This document shows, piece by piece, positions 23,509 through 33,264 of a stretch of 52,030 bases of DNA. Positions within the stretch are counted from its first letter, which is position 1. Each line of letters starts with the position of its first letter. Under the pieces are notes generated by a model. The model was not told the DNA's origin and did not search any database. It was given only the letters and a program-made list of their open reading frames with translations. The stretch is from a virus, in the IMG/VR virus record IMGVR_UViG_3300018063_000006, positions 1 through 52,030 of that record; one strand, written 5' to 3'. The translations under genes and the position numbers were made by a program.

Positions 23509-25146
23509 CTACTGTACCTGTTCGATCGTCCAGCCTTCGGGCAGGCCGCCCGCCGTCGGCGTCTGCACCTGCTCGCCAGCCTGCGGCGGCGTCTCGACCT
23601 GCGCAAGCCACTGCTGAAGCCCAGCACCGACGTCGAGCGGCACCGTCACCTCGTTGTTCGCCCGCAGCACGTTGCTCATGTTCTCGTGGATGTTGCGCGT
23701 ACCTCGCGCCATCTCGACTACGCGAGCGAAAAACTGCTGCGGCGCCTGGTTCAGGTTGAGCAGCTCTTTCTTCATGCGCGACAACTCTTCGACGCTGGCG
23801 CCTTGGCCGGTGGTCGCGAGCCGCTCCGCGCGCACGAAGTTATCGATCGCGGCACGAAAGCGCTCCTCGGGGATGCTGAGCGCGCCGATGATGCCGCGGA
23901 TGTTCGTGACGCGGCCGGCGAGCGGGCCGACGACCTTCGGGTCGAACAGCTCTTGTACGGTACTGAGCGCATCCATGGCGTTCTGTGAAGCGGTCAGCCG
24001 CGTACGCGCATCAGCGGGTGTCGGCTGCGGCGCTTCGGGCGCGAGCCGGCCCTTCGCTGTACCGACCTCGCGTGAGGTCGCCTCGGCGCCGACGCGACGT
24101 GCACTGAGCCCCTCGCGGATGTCTGCGGCGACGCCGGCCGCCTGCTCGGGCGTCAGGTTGTGGCGCCTCGCCATGTCCTCCGCCATGACGGCGATCTGTT
24201 CATCTTCGCTGATCGGCACCGTCGTACGCGCCTGGCGCTGGCCGATCTCCGTCTCGCGGGAGATACCACGCGCGGTCGCTCGGTCGATCGCCTTCTCAGC
24301 CTCGCGCGTGGCACGCTTCAATGCCACTGTTACCTGCTGCTGCGTCTTGGCGTCCGAGAGCTTGCGAGCTTCCTTCGGCACGAGCAGACCTTCGCGATCA
24401 GCCGCGTCAGTCGCTTCGCGGAGCGCCGTCAGGTGCGCCTGCACCTCGGGCAGCCCTTCGGCTTCCAGCTCCCGCCGGCGTGCTTCGGCCGCCTGGTAGA
24501 AGGTCAGCTCGCTGAACTCGCTCCGCGTTGGGCCGGTGAGCCCGACCGTCGTTTCACCCTTCGCGCCCATGCGTACCGTCGCGCCGGGCGTTGTGCGGCC
24601 CGCGCGCACGACCTTCTCCTTGAATACAGCATACGGCTGTGGCACAGGAACGCGGGGCGGCGCAGCCGGCAGCGGAAGCAGCACATTCGCGGCCGTTGGA
24701 CCGACGATCGGCACCTGTCCGATGACGCCACGGGCGATGCTGGCGATAGGATTCATCGCCGGGGCGCCCTGCGCGTTTGCTGCACGCGCAGCCCGCGCCT
24801 GACCTTCGAGCCCCGCGACTCGCTGCGCGTCTTCTGGCGTAACTGCGCCGAGAGCCTGTGCTTGTTCATACGGCACCCGCGCCCCAGCTTGCGCCTGCGC
24901 CTGATACATCCCCTTCACCACCTCGAAGGCATCCTTGTCGCCGATGTACGCCATGATCGACTTCGACGCCTGCGGGTCGTCGAAAAGATCGGGATCGGTT
25001 TTCGCGGCCTCTAAGAGAATTTGTCCAGCGCGCGCCCGGCGCGATTCGGTCTCTTCGCGCGCTCGAGCCGCCCCGCGCGTAAATCCAGAAAGCGCCTCGC
25101 CAATTGGCGATGTGCCGATGTCAGGAGTGAACGGAAGTCCTGGCAT
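23509..25146 (-). CDS. Virion internal protein candidate (545 aa)
   Basis: ATG 25146. Long Ala/Arg/Glu-rich helical protein in the distal tail/ejection module. Confidence 0.4.
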   Translation of the reverse strand: MPGLPFTPDIGTSPIGEALSGFTRGAARAREETESRRARAGQILLEAAKTDPDLFDDPQASKSIMAYIGDKDAFEVVKGMYQAQAQAGARVPYEQAQALGAVTPEDAQRVAGLEGQARAARAANAQGAPAMNPIASIARGVIGQVPIVGPTAANVLLPLPAAPPRVPVPQPYAVFKEKVVRAGRTTPGATVRMGAKGETTVGLTGPTRSEFSELTFYQAAEARRRELEAEGLPEVQAHLTALREATDAADREGLLVPKEARKLSDAKTQQQVTVALKRATREAEKAIDRATARGISRETEIGQRQARTTVPISEDEQIAVMAEDMARRHNLTPEQAAGVAADIREGLSARRVGAEATSREVGTAKGRLAPEAPQPTPADARTRLTASQNAMDALSTVQELFDPKVVGPLAGRVTNIRGIIGALSIPEERFRAAIDNFVRAERLATTGQGASVEELSRMKKELLNLNQAPQQFFARVVEMARGTRNIHENMSNVLRANNEVTVPLDVGAGLQQWLAQVETPPQAGEQVQTPTAGGLPEGWTIEQVQ

Positions 25147-25147
25147 A

Positions 25148-25687
25148 TTAGCCTCCCATTCCGCCGGATGTCGCGTATGACCGTACGTTCCCAACAATCC
25201 CGTTCACAAGCCCGCCGATCAGTGACATTTTGTACGCATAATTCTGCGCCTTCGCGGCTTGCTGCAAAGCTTCCCCTTGCTGCGCAACGCCCATGAGCTG
25301 CATTGCCGCTTGATTTGCGGCGGTGATCGTGTTCGACGCATTCATCACGGTCTGACCAATGACTTCGCTCGGAATCTGCGCCACCGCACGCTCCGCCGTT
25401 GCGCGGTTCGTCGCAAGCGTCTCTTGCACGTATGGTGTCCGACCGGCGCCTGGCGCTGTGGCGAGGGCCGATTCTGCCGTACGAAGGTTCTGCGAGCTTT
25501 GCTGCAAGCCCTGCTCGACCGCACTCTGAATAATCGGGATGCGCGCCTCGATATTGCCAGTACCAAGCGCTTCCTTGAGCTGCTGAAATACCAGCGTGCG
25601 GCTCTGTTTGCTGCCCCTCATGAAGCTGTACGCCATCTGTTCAGCTTGCTTCGAGAAGACGCCTTGCCCTTGCTGTTTGCCACCCAT
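25148..25687 (-). CDS. Gln/Ala-rich structural protein, paralog of 25690..26409
   Basis: ATG sits behind GAGGAT. Shares MGGK..., F.QL..AL.TG.....P..Q.AV and QIP..V..Q with its neighbour. Confidence 0.5.
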   Translation of the reverse strand: MGGKQQGQGVFSKQAEQMAYSFMRGSKQSRTLVFQQLKEALGTGNIEARIPIIQSAVEQGLQQSSQNLRTAESALATAPGAGRTPYVQETLATNRATAERAVAQIPSEVIGQTVMNASNTITAANQAAMQLMGVAQQGEALQQAAKAQNYAYKMSLIGGLVNGIVGNVRSYATSGGMGG

Positions 25688-25689
25688 GA

Positions 25690-26409
25690 TTATGATCCTC
25701 CCCACATGTTACTGAAGCGAGAAAACCAACTCTGCGACGGTTGCGCCGGCATTGCTGTGCCCGTCGCGAGCGCTGCGCGGCGATCGTACTCCGTTGCCCT
25801 GGCATTGATAACCGCTGGATCGAGCGACCGACCAGGATAACTGGCGTATGGGTCGATCCCACCGCCGGTTCGCACGCCACTCGTACCAGGGTTGCTTCTC
25901 ATGAAGTCACCTTCGGTCTTGCTCCCAACAGCCTGCGCGATTTGGCCCATCATTTGACTAAACGCCTTCATCCGCGAAACGGTTGCTTCGATCCCGGCTT
26001 GCTGACCGCTAATGCCGGTCGCTAGACCTGCCGCGGCTGGACCGACTTGACCAAGGGCTGTACTAGGAGCCTGCTGAATCATCTGCGACGCCACTGCCGT
26101 CGGAATCTGGCTCGTGATCTGCCGATTGGTCATCGACATGCGGTTGAGCACGCGATTGCGAATCGAAGCGTCAACACCCGCAAGGCCGCCGCGAGCACCA
26201 GCCATGGCTGCGGTGCCCGCAGCACGCGAACGCGCGACCGCCTGCTGTACGAATGGCATGCGAAAGCCCTTGCCGCCGCCGGTCTGAAGCGCCGACGCGA
26301 GCTGCTTAAACAGCATATTTCGCGCGGCGTTCGTCTGCCCAAAAATCTGACCGCCGTACCGACCAGCCGCAACACCCATGCGATTGCTCGTATCAACCTT
26401 ACCGCCCAT
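25690..26409 (-). CDS. Gln/Ala/Gly-rich structural protein, paralog of 25148..25687
   Basis: See paralog. ORF-track entry. Confidence 0.5.
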   Translation of the reverse strand: MGGKVDTSNRMGVAAGRYGGQIFGQTNAARNMLFKQLASALQTGGGKGFRMPFVQQAVARSRAAGTAAMAGARGGLAGVDASIRNRVLNRMSMTNRQITSQIPTAVASQMIQQAPSTALGQVGPAAAGLATGISGQQAGIEATVSRMKAFSQMMGQIAQAVGSKTEGDFMRSNPGTSGVRTGGGIDPYASYPGRSLDPAVINARATEYDRRAALATGTAMPAQPSQSWFSRFSNMWGGS

Positions 26410-26917
26410 TTGCAGCCTCTAAAGAGGGCGAATCGAACAGCCGACCATACTTCGCGACTGTTGGATAGAAGTGCTCGCTATCGAGCCACGAGAGCGTCGC
26501 AGCTTCGCCGTCGAAAATACTAGGAATGTCGCCAAGCGTAACGAAGCCGAGTCGATTGATCTGCTCAACGACCTTCGGCTGCTTCGTCACGCTGATGAGC
26601 ACCGGCCAGCGCTCGAGCCCGAAATGCAGCGACTCGATCATCGCGCGAAGCGCTGACTTCGACGCGCGGCGATCGGCACGAATCCACGCATGATGATACG
26701 CGCCCGCGAGCGCTACATCGTACCAGGCCGTGAACCAGAAGCCCTCGACATCGGCCTCGTATACGAGCGCGCAGCGTCGCATTTCGGACATGAATGCCGA
26801 GCACGGAGCCATCGACGCACTGAAGGTCTGCTCGAGAGCACCGCTTGTCGCCATGTGGTGCCACCAGCTCAGCACCAGAAGGTCAGAGTTGATACCGGGC
26901 TCGTAGATGGTCAGCAT
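26399..26917 (-). CDS. Hypothetical protein, possible GNAT-fold acetyltransferase
   Basis: C-terminal pattern RRASKSALRAMIESL...VLISVTKQPKVVEQINRLGFVTLGDIP resembles a GNAT core. Weak call. Confidence 0.4.
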   Translation of the reverse strand: MLTIYEPGINSDLLVLSWWHHMATSGALEQTFSASMAPCSAFMSEMRRCALVYEADVEGFWFTAWYDVALAGAYHHAWIRADRRASKSALRAMIESLHFGLERWPVLISVTKQPKVVEQINRLGFVTLGDIPSIFDGEAATLSWLDSEHFYPTVAKYGRLFDSPSLEAANGR

Positions 26918-26945
26918 GGGCGTTCAGCGTGCAGCGGCGCACGAA

Positions 26946-26960
26946 CGCTGGCAACAGGGG
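26946..26960 (-). promoter_or_regulatory. Late-arm 15-mer, copy 5 (top strand CGCTGGCAACAGGGG)
   Basis: One mismatch to the consensus. Intergenic, about 29 nt upstream of ATG 26917. Confidence 0.6.
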
Positions 26961-26961
26961 A

Positions 26962-29514
26962 TCAGGGCTCCGGCGGGATGTAAACGTCCATCTCGACGGC
27001 GCTGATCTCGATGCGCTTGTTGAGCGCAGTGCCGACGAGACGCACGCCCTGGATGAAGCCCGCGCGTTGGACCGCAACCTCCATGACGCGCTTGATGCCG
27101 ACCGCCGTGCTGACGTTGCCGAGCGCAATGACGGTATTGTCTACGATGGCCGACACGGCGAGGTTCTGCGCTTCGGTCTGGCCTTCGATGTAGATGCGCT
27201 GAAGGATGCCCCAGAGCCCTGTGCCCTTGAACACGCCACCAGTCTCCAGCTCGAAATCGCTAGTCAGCGAAGCGCCGCCGACGTCAACCGTCGCGTCTGC
27301 AACCGCGCCGCCCTGCTCGCCGCTGGCATCGCCCTCGAAGCTCGTCACGCGCGTTGTGCCGCTGATGGTCGGCGAGGCCAGGAGAATCCTCGTGTCGACC
27401 TCCCAGAAAAACGCCTTACATGGGATGCCGACGTTGCGCCAGCCCTGCGGGCCGAGGGCGAGCGTCGTGTTAACGTCGGCGACGTAATACTCGTCCCGGC
27501 CCCACACCGACGCCGTGCCCACGAACGCGCTGATGCCGTCGCTGCTGCCGCCGCGGAAGATGGGCGCGAGCGCGTCATCGGCGACGAGCGCGCTCTCGTT
27601 GCCATCGAAGATGCGAATGCCATCACGCGCTTGGTAGATGATGCCCGATGGCATCGCCACAACGGTGAATGGAAAGAACGTCCCGGGCGCCGCGAGCACG
27701 GGCACGAAGAGGAACGGCTCATCGGTGTTGACGAGGCGGTAGAGATACCGAGTCGTCAGCACGAATAGCGTATCGTTCCACACAACGAGCTTCTGACACT
27801 CCTCGTCAGTCGAACCGACGGGGACGAAGCTACTGACCGTCTCCATGCGCCCGGCTCCGCTGTAGTACACGCGATTCCGCGCTGTCTTATCAGTTACATG
27901 GTTGTCTCGCGTCAGCCACATGCGACCGAGGAAGCCGACGGCATCGTTGAGCGTGTCTCGCGGCCGGGCGTTGTCGTCGGGCAGCTCAGTCGGCTGAAGG
28001 AACGCTGCGCCGCCGCCAGAGAACATCCCTGGGTAGTCGGCGACACGGTCGATGTAGCCGGTCGCCGGCACCGCGCTTGTGCTCGCGACCTTGGCGGCGA
28101 AGAAGAACAGCGTGCCGTTACCGACAGTGCGCCAAATCTCGATGTGCGTCACCTGTGAGTCCGTGGGTGCAGGTAAGTTCGTCACACCTGCTGACGAGCC
28201 CAGCTCAATGCCGTCACGCTCCACCCCACGAAAGATGAGCGGATCGTATATCTCATCGCCATTCGTATCGGTCGTCTTCGGGTACGGGTTGCTGCGCGTG
28301 CCGGTATCGTTATTCAAGAAGGTAAACATGTACTGATAGTCACCCTGCATGCCAGCGCCGCCGATCATGCGAATGCGATCCAGCCAGACGCGCGAGCCGC
28401 CCTGCTTGTTGCACTCGACGCTGATGCGCACGCCCCTGACATCGGCCCAGGTGAACGTCGAGCCGACCGCGAGCCGCTCCGCGAAGGTCGCCTTGGGGAT
28501 CGTCAACCGCGTCCACGTCCGCCGCGTCACGGCGATCTTGTCGTCGGCAACGAATTCGGCCATCGAGAAGTCGACCTTGTCGAGCCGGCCAGTCCTGATC
28601 GCCTCTTCGATGTCCTTCTTGCGGATGAGATCGCCGGTGCCGATCAGCTTCTTCTTCGCCTTCCGCTTCACCGCCTTGATGATGAACTCGCGCGAGTACG
28701 TGTCGTTCTCGTTGTCGAAGTCTGCCGGAGCGCCCGTGCCGAGATAGAACACGATCTCCATGTTCTTCACATGCTTCGGCCGGTTGAACGCGATGAACAG
28801 CTCGATGTAGTCTTCGTCGCCCGAGTCGCCCGGCGCTGCAAACTGCAAGAGGTTCACTGCGATAGCCTTATTGACTCGCGTCGTTTTGTCCTTTGCGGCC
28901 TTGAAGCGCAGCGAGCGAAGGCCCTGTACCTTCTTGCCGGTAACAGGCGTCAGGTTCGGCGGGAAGGTCGCTGATACGTCGTTGTCGTCGTCGTCGACTG
29001 TCGTTCCGGTCCAGGTTGCAGGGTCGTCGTCGAACGTGTCGATGTCCTTTGACGACAACGACGCTCGATCAATGCTCGGCTTCGTGCCTGCTGGCGGATC
29101 GAGCGCCCACTGCGTCGCAGTGTCTAGCGCGGGGTTAAGCTTTCGCAGCTTCACCCCCGCGCCTGAGCCACTGCCGGCTAAGAAGACATAATCCTCTTTC
29201 GTCGTCGTGGGCGGCGCCGAAACGAACGTAAGGCGATTGCCCGAAAGAACGACCCCGAGGCTCGTGAAGACGCCGCCAACTTCACGATAGATGTCCGAGA
29301 ACACGGCCGCGATCCGCCGACCGCCGAACTTGAACAGCGAATGCGCATCGAGCAAGGCGAGCGTCGCAATGCCGCTGCGCGAGCGCACACTTCCCGTGCG
29401 AAGCGGGAAGACCGACTTCGCACGCCGCAGCGTCCCATCGGGGTTGTTCTCGCGCGGCCCCTTGAACCACAGGCCGCTCGTGAAGCTGCGCCAGCGTATA
29501 CGCTGAATCGGCAC
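26962..29514 (-). CDS. Large virion structural protein (850 aa), tail tube/nozzle candidate
   Basis: Largest late ORF. Lies between a fibre-like gene and the ejection proteins. GTG start overlaps the upstream TAG. Confidence 0.5.
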   Translation of the reverse strand: MPIQRIRWRSFTSGLWFKGPRENNPDGTLRRAKSVFPLRTGSVRSRSGIATLALLDAHSLFKFGGRRIAAVFSDIYREVGGVFTSLGVVLSGNRLTFVSAPPTTTKEDYVFLAGSGSGAGVKLRKLNPALDTATQWALDPPAGTKPSIDRASLSSKDIDTFDDDPATWTGTTVDDDDNDVSATFPPNLTPVTGKKVQGLRSLRFKAAKDKTTRVNKAIAVNLLQFAAPGDSGDEDYIELFIAFNRPKHVKNMEIVFYLGTGAPADFDNENDTYSREFIIKAVKRKAKKKLIGTGDLIRKKDIEEAIRTGRLDKVDFSMAEFVADDKIAVTRRTWTRLTIPKATFAERLAVGSTFTWADVRGVRISVECNKQGGSRVWLDRIRMIGGAGMQGDYQYMFTFLNNDTGTRSNPYPKTTDTNGDEIYDPLIFRGVERDGIELGSSAGVTNLPAPTDSQVTHIEIWRTVGNGTLFFFAAKVASTSAVPATGYIDRVADYPGMFSGGGAAFLQPTELPDDNARPRDTLNDAVGFLGRMWLTRDNHVTDKTARNRVYYSGAGRMETVSSFVPVGSTDEECQKLVVWNDTLFVLTTRYLYRLVNTDEPFLFVPVLAAPGTFFPFTVVAMPSGIIYQARDGIRIFDGNESALVADDALAPIFRGGSSDGISAFVGTASVWGRDEYYVADVNTTLALGPQGWRNVGIPCKAFFWEVDTRILLASPTISGTTRVTSFEGDASGEQGGAVADATVDVGGASLTSDFELETGGVFKGTGLWGILQRIYIEGQTEAQNLAVSAIVDNTVIALGNVSTAVGIKRVMEVAVQRAGFIQGVRLVGTALNKRIEISAVEMDVYIPPEP

Positions 29515-30959
29515 TAGGAGCCCACTTTCTGAAGCAGGGTCGTCGTGTGCCAGACGACGTTGTTGTCGAGCGCTCCAGTCACGCGCACGCGCACGTTAGC
29601 TCCCAAGACGTCAAGCGTTGCATCCCAAGCTGCCTGATCTTCCTGCGTCAACCCGTCCTGTACCGCGTTGATCGTTACCGTCCCGGCCTTCGTCGTCACC
29701 ATCGAGCGGCGAATGTAGACCGCGCCGTCGTCGGCCGTGCCAGCGGCGCCGCCCGTGCGCCGAGCTGTTATACGCGCCTCGATCAGGTACGTCATCGACG
29801 CGACAATCGGGATCGTTTGAAGCGTCGTAACCGTCGCGTCAGTCGTGGTAACGCGCGCCTGGAGCCCGGCGAAGTCGGGATCATCGTTCGTCGCTATCGT
29901 CTCGAAGCGGAAGACTTCGTCGCCAGCGTTGTCCTGGACGGTGTGAAGCTGCGCCGAGGCGTCGGTCGCGATGCCGATGCTGACGTTCCCGCGCGCCGAG
30001 ATACGCGCCTTCTCCGTCAGCGTCGTGCCGCCGAGCGAGACAGTAAGGAACTTGATTCTTGTGCCCTGCGCGCCAACGGCCCACGCTTCGGATGTCTCGG
30101 CCTCGGCAGCAGCGCCAACGCCGAAGCTCGTCCCATCGTGCCCGTAGCCGTCCCAGCGCGAAATGACTGTCGCGTCGGCGGTCGCGGTTGGGGTGCCGAG
30201 CGTGCCGCCCGGCCGTACGCCGCTGACGGTCGGCGCCGCGCCCGTGCCGTAGACCCGCACATTCGGGTTGCTGGCGTCGGCTATTCGCAACCTATCGGTC
30301 AGGCCACCTGAAACCACCGTGCCGAGCCGCGTATCGCCGCGGTTGTCGAGCGACACCGCGGGCGTGGTCGTGCCGATGCCGAGGCGCTTGGCCGTATCGT
30401 CCCAGAACAGGTCATTGTCGCCGTCGATCTGGAACGAGCTGGAGAAGAAGGCCACCTGCCCAGCCGAGCCGCCCGCCGGCGGAGCCCCGAGCACGCCGCC
30501 ATGTGTGTGGTCGCTCAGCGCGAACAACACCGGATCGGTTGTCGTGCCGACCGCCGATGCCGCAGCCACGTTCGGCGGCGCCACCGTCGAGATGGCGTTC
30601 TCGAGCGCCGCCTGATCGTTGTCTTCGTCCTCGCCGCGGCCATCGGACGTACTGTCATCGCTCGACGTGCCTTCGTCGTCGGCTTCGCTCGTCAGGTCCG
30701 CGCGCAAGCGATTCTCGAGGTCGCTCAGCTCAGCCTCGAGCTGGCCCAGCGGCAGCGCATCATCATTGGAGACGGCCGTGCCGAGGTTCGTCAGCCGGAA
30801 GCCGCCAGCGTCGAGATCGCCCTTCAGCTCCAGCTTTCGCGGCGTGCGATCGAGCAGCTCGCTGACGCGCCGCAGCCGAGCGTTCAGCTCGCGGACGAAG
30901 GCGTTGAGCGTTCCCAGCTCCAGCCGCGAGATCGGCGCGAGGTTCAGGTTCTCGGCCAT
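29514..30959 (-). CDS. Tail fibre/spike-like protein (481 aa)
   Basis: N-terminal motif DLDAGGFRLTNLGTAVSNDDALPLGQL is typical of fibre proteins. Followed by an acidic linker and a Gly/Thr-rich beta region. Confidence 0.55.
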   Translation of the reverse strand: MAENLNLAPISRLELGTLNAFVRELNARLRRVSELLDRTPRKLELKGDLDAGGFRLTNLGTAVSNDDALPLGQLEAELSDLENRLRADLTSEADDEGTSSDDSTSDGRGEDEDNDQAALENAISTVAPPNVAAASAVGTTTDPVLFALSDHTHGGVLGAPPAGGSAGQVAFFSSSFQIDGDNDLFWDDTAKRLGIGTTTPAVSLDNRGDTRLGTVVSGGLTDRLRIADASNPNVRVYGTGAAPTVSGVRPGGTLGTPTATADATVISRWDGYGHDGTSFGVGAAAEAETSEAWAVGAQGTRIKFLTVSLGGTTLTEKARISARGNVSIGIATDASAQLHTVQDNAGDEVFRFETIATNDDPDFAGLQARVTTTDATVTTLQTIPIVASMTYLIEARITARRTGGAAGTADDGAVYIRRSMVTTKAGTVTINAVQDGLTQEDQAAWDATLDVLGANVRVRVTGALDNNVVWHTTTLLQKVGS

Positions 30960-31558
30960 TAGCTCACCAGCATCCTTACAATCGCCGCGAGCTTGCGCCA
31001 CGTATCGGCCATCACGGCGTCGAAGTGATCGCTCTCGCGGGCGAACTCACGCGCCGTGACATCGAGCGCCGTCCACAGCTCGTCCCACGGTAGCACATCC
31101 GTGACGTTCTCGGTGAAGATGAACATGAGGTTGTTGTCAGGGAACGAGCCGACGAAGGGCGTCGAGGCACCAATCGTCTCGCCCGCACGATCGGGCACCG
31201 GCACTAGGCGCACCGTGCGCACGTCTTCGTCTTCAGTGACGAAGGATGTAGGGCGGCCTTTGCGCGTACGCCAATCGTGATCGTACGTCTCGAGCGCGCG
31301 GCGCATCGCCGGCCGCAGGTCGCGATCATCGTAGACAAGCGTTAGCAAGCGCAATGCGGCCGACGGCAGCACGTAGGTCGCCGTTGCGACGACGCCCGCG
31401 ACGAAGCTCGCATTGCACGAACTCTCGCCTGTCATACCTGTCTCGCGCACGATGTCAGCGTAGTACCTGTCGATCGCCGTCGCGTCGCTGAGCGTCGCCG
31501 CGTCGCTCCGCAGACTGGCAAAGTCTTCGGCAAGCGTGATGACGTCGAGCTTCGCCAT
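30959..31558 (-). CDS. Head-tail adaptor/connector candidate (199 aa)
   Basis: Position. Shares a loose pattern with 31558..32151 and 32319..33263. Confidence 0.4.
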   Translation of the reverse strand: MAKLDVITLAEDFASLRSDAATLSDATAIDRYYADIVRETGMTGESSCNASFVAGVVATATYVLPSAALRLLTLVYDDRDLRPAMRRALETYDHDWRTRKGRPTSFVTEDEDVRTVRLVPVPDRAGETIGASTPFVGSFPDNNLMFIFTENVTDVLPWDELWTALDVTAREFARESDHFDAVMADTWRKLAAIVRMLVS

Positions 31559-32151
31559 CAAGTCTCCGTCAACGGCTTCGCGGCCTTCGGTTGCAATGCC
31601 GCAGCAAGCCTTGTCAGCGGCGCGTCCATCGCGTGCGTGATGCGGGCTTTCGCCAACATGATGCCCTCGGCTAGGTCCATGACCATCGGCAGCAGCTCAT
31701 CGGGCAGGTCGACGTTCGTCGCGCCGTCGATGACGTCGGCCGGCACCGTGACGTAGATGACGGTCACCGCCTCGGGCTCCCACAGCGCCGGATGCAGCAC
31801 GAAGAGGTTGCCGCCGATGCGCGCCCACTGGACGTGCCGGCCGCCGATGGCGCGGTACCAGTGGCGATCCGTGTCCTGGAGCATAGGCCAGCGCACCTCG
31901 GGTAGCGTGCGGTCTGCGATGATGCGGAGAATACGCCCCACATTCGCCGCAACCTCGGTCCTAGTATAGATCGTCCGCCCCGGGTCGGGCGTGAAGCTGA
32001 CTGACGCCTTCTTCGCCTGCTGCGCGAGGTTGATCGCGCGCTGGCTGTGCGTCAGGATGCGCTTCAGCAGGTCCCGGCTGTGCGCCGTGTTGCTCGTGTC
32101 ACGGAGCCGCCGCGAGAGCGCGTCGATGAGCGTCGCCCCGGTCGTTGCCAT
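31558..32151 (-). CDS. Head-tail adaptor/connector candidate (197 aa)
   Basis: Position. ORF-track entry. Confidence 0.4.
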   Translation of the reverse strand: MATTGATLIDALSRRLRDTSNTAHSRDLLKRILTHSQRAINLAQQAKKASVSFTPDPGRTIYTRTEVAANVGRILRIIADRTLPEVRWPMLQDTDRHWYRAIGGRHVQWARIGGNLFVLHPALWEPEAVTVIYVTVPADVIDGATNVDLPDELLPMVMDLAEGIMLAKARITHAMDAPLTRLAAALQPKAAKPLTET

Positions 32152-32154
32152 CGG

Positions 32155-32322
32155 TCATCGCCTGCGATCGAGAAGCCACTGCGGGTCTTTGCCGCCAGAG
32201 CACTTGCGCCCGCGCACCTTCGGACGGCGCAGCGGCGTCGTCGGCGAGCCCGTCTCATCGAGTCCGCGATGGTCGAACATGATCGGCACGTCGGCTTTGC
32301 GCTTGTCCCGCGGGCGGCTCAT
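32155..32322 (-). CDS. Basic mini-protein (55 aa)
   Basis: ATGA overlap with the upstream stop. In frame with ORF 32155..32502. Confidence 0.35.
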   Translation of the reverse strand: MSRPRDKRKADVPIMFDHRGLDETGSPTTPLRRPKVRGRKCSGGKDPQWLLDRRR

Positions 32323-33263
32323 GGCCGGTTGCCTCGCGTGTAGACCATGTCGTACGCATTCCGAATCATCCGATCGCCGCTGCGCGGAAACCCGCCCGTC
32401 TCCATCTGAAAGCTGATCGTGTTCGTCGCGCGGTCCTGCTTGATGGCTTCCTTGATCTTCTCTTCCCAGCGCGTCACGAGGCTGTTCATCTCGTTCCTCC
32501 ACACGCCCGCGGCTTCGACCTGATTCCCGCGCAGCGCCTTCGCCATCTCCCAGCGATGCAGGTCAACAAGCGCCCCGACCTTCAGGATGTGCGGGTCCAG
32601 CTCCGAAGGCAGCGGTGAGTCCAATGTCAGCACAGGCGCGTGCGCCCAGTAGATGAACGTGATGAGCTGATCCGTCTTGACGTACGGATAAATCTCGACC
32701 AGCTTGCGGCCGTCTTCGTTGACGCCGCGCTCGGCGATGTACTTCGGCAAGTCCGCGACCAGCACCCGCGACACCATCGCCTGATCCATCTCCTGCGGGT
32801 CGATCATCTCGAGGGGCTCGTACAGCCGCGGATGGCCGAAGACGCCGACATGGCGCAGGCCCTCGGGCAGCGCGAGGAAGCGCGCAGCGAGCTTGTACGC
32901 GACGCCCGCGGCCGTCGATTCGACGAACGATGACTCGAGCACGAGGTCGCCGCTGCCGTCCGTACCGACGATGCGATACCAGTTCCGCCGGCCGTCGAGG
33001 CGCACGTAACGGTCGACGACGGTGTCGGGAGGCCAGGCGGCCCGCGCGGTCGCGTTGCCGACGATCGTCCGCGAGCCCTGCGTCGCTGTGACCGTACCGG
33101 CCGTGATGACCGCCGGCATGACCAGCTCGCCAGCCTGCATCAGGTGGCGGAACCGCGAGCGATTCGTGAGTTCTCTGTACCTTTCTGAACACCATCCTGC
33201 TACGAGTTGAGGCGCCGCATCCGAGTCGACAGCCGCAAGAACCGCATCGACTACATCTGACAC
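32319..33263 (-). CDS. Virion structural protein (about 314 aa; start uncertain)
   Basis: GTG 33263 lies just after the HNH gene's TAG. High GC3. Confidence 0.45.
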   Translation of the reverse strand: MSDVVDAVLAAVDSDAAPQLVAGWCSERYRELTNRSRFRHLMQAGELVMPAVITAGTVTATQGSRTIVGNATARAAWPPDTVVDRYVRLDGRRNWYRIVGTDGSGDLVLESSFVESTAAGVAYKLAARFLALPEGLRHVGVFGHPRLYEPLEMIDPQEMDQAMVSRVLVADLPKYIAERGVNEDGRKLVEIYPYVKTDQLITFIYWAHAPVLTLDSPLPSELDPHILKVGALVDLHRWEMAKALRGNQVEAAGVWRNEMNSLVTRWEEKIKEAIKQDRATNTISFQMETGGFPRSGDRMIRNAYDMVYTRGNRP

Positions 33264-33264
33264 A

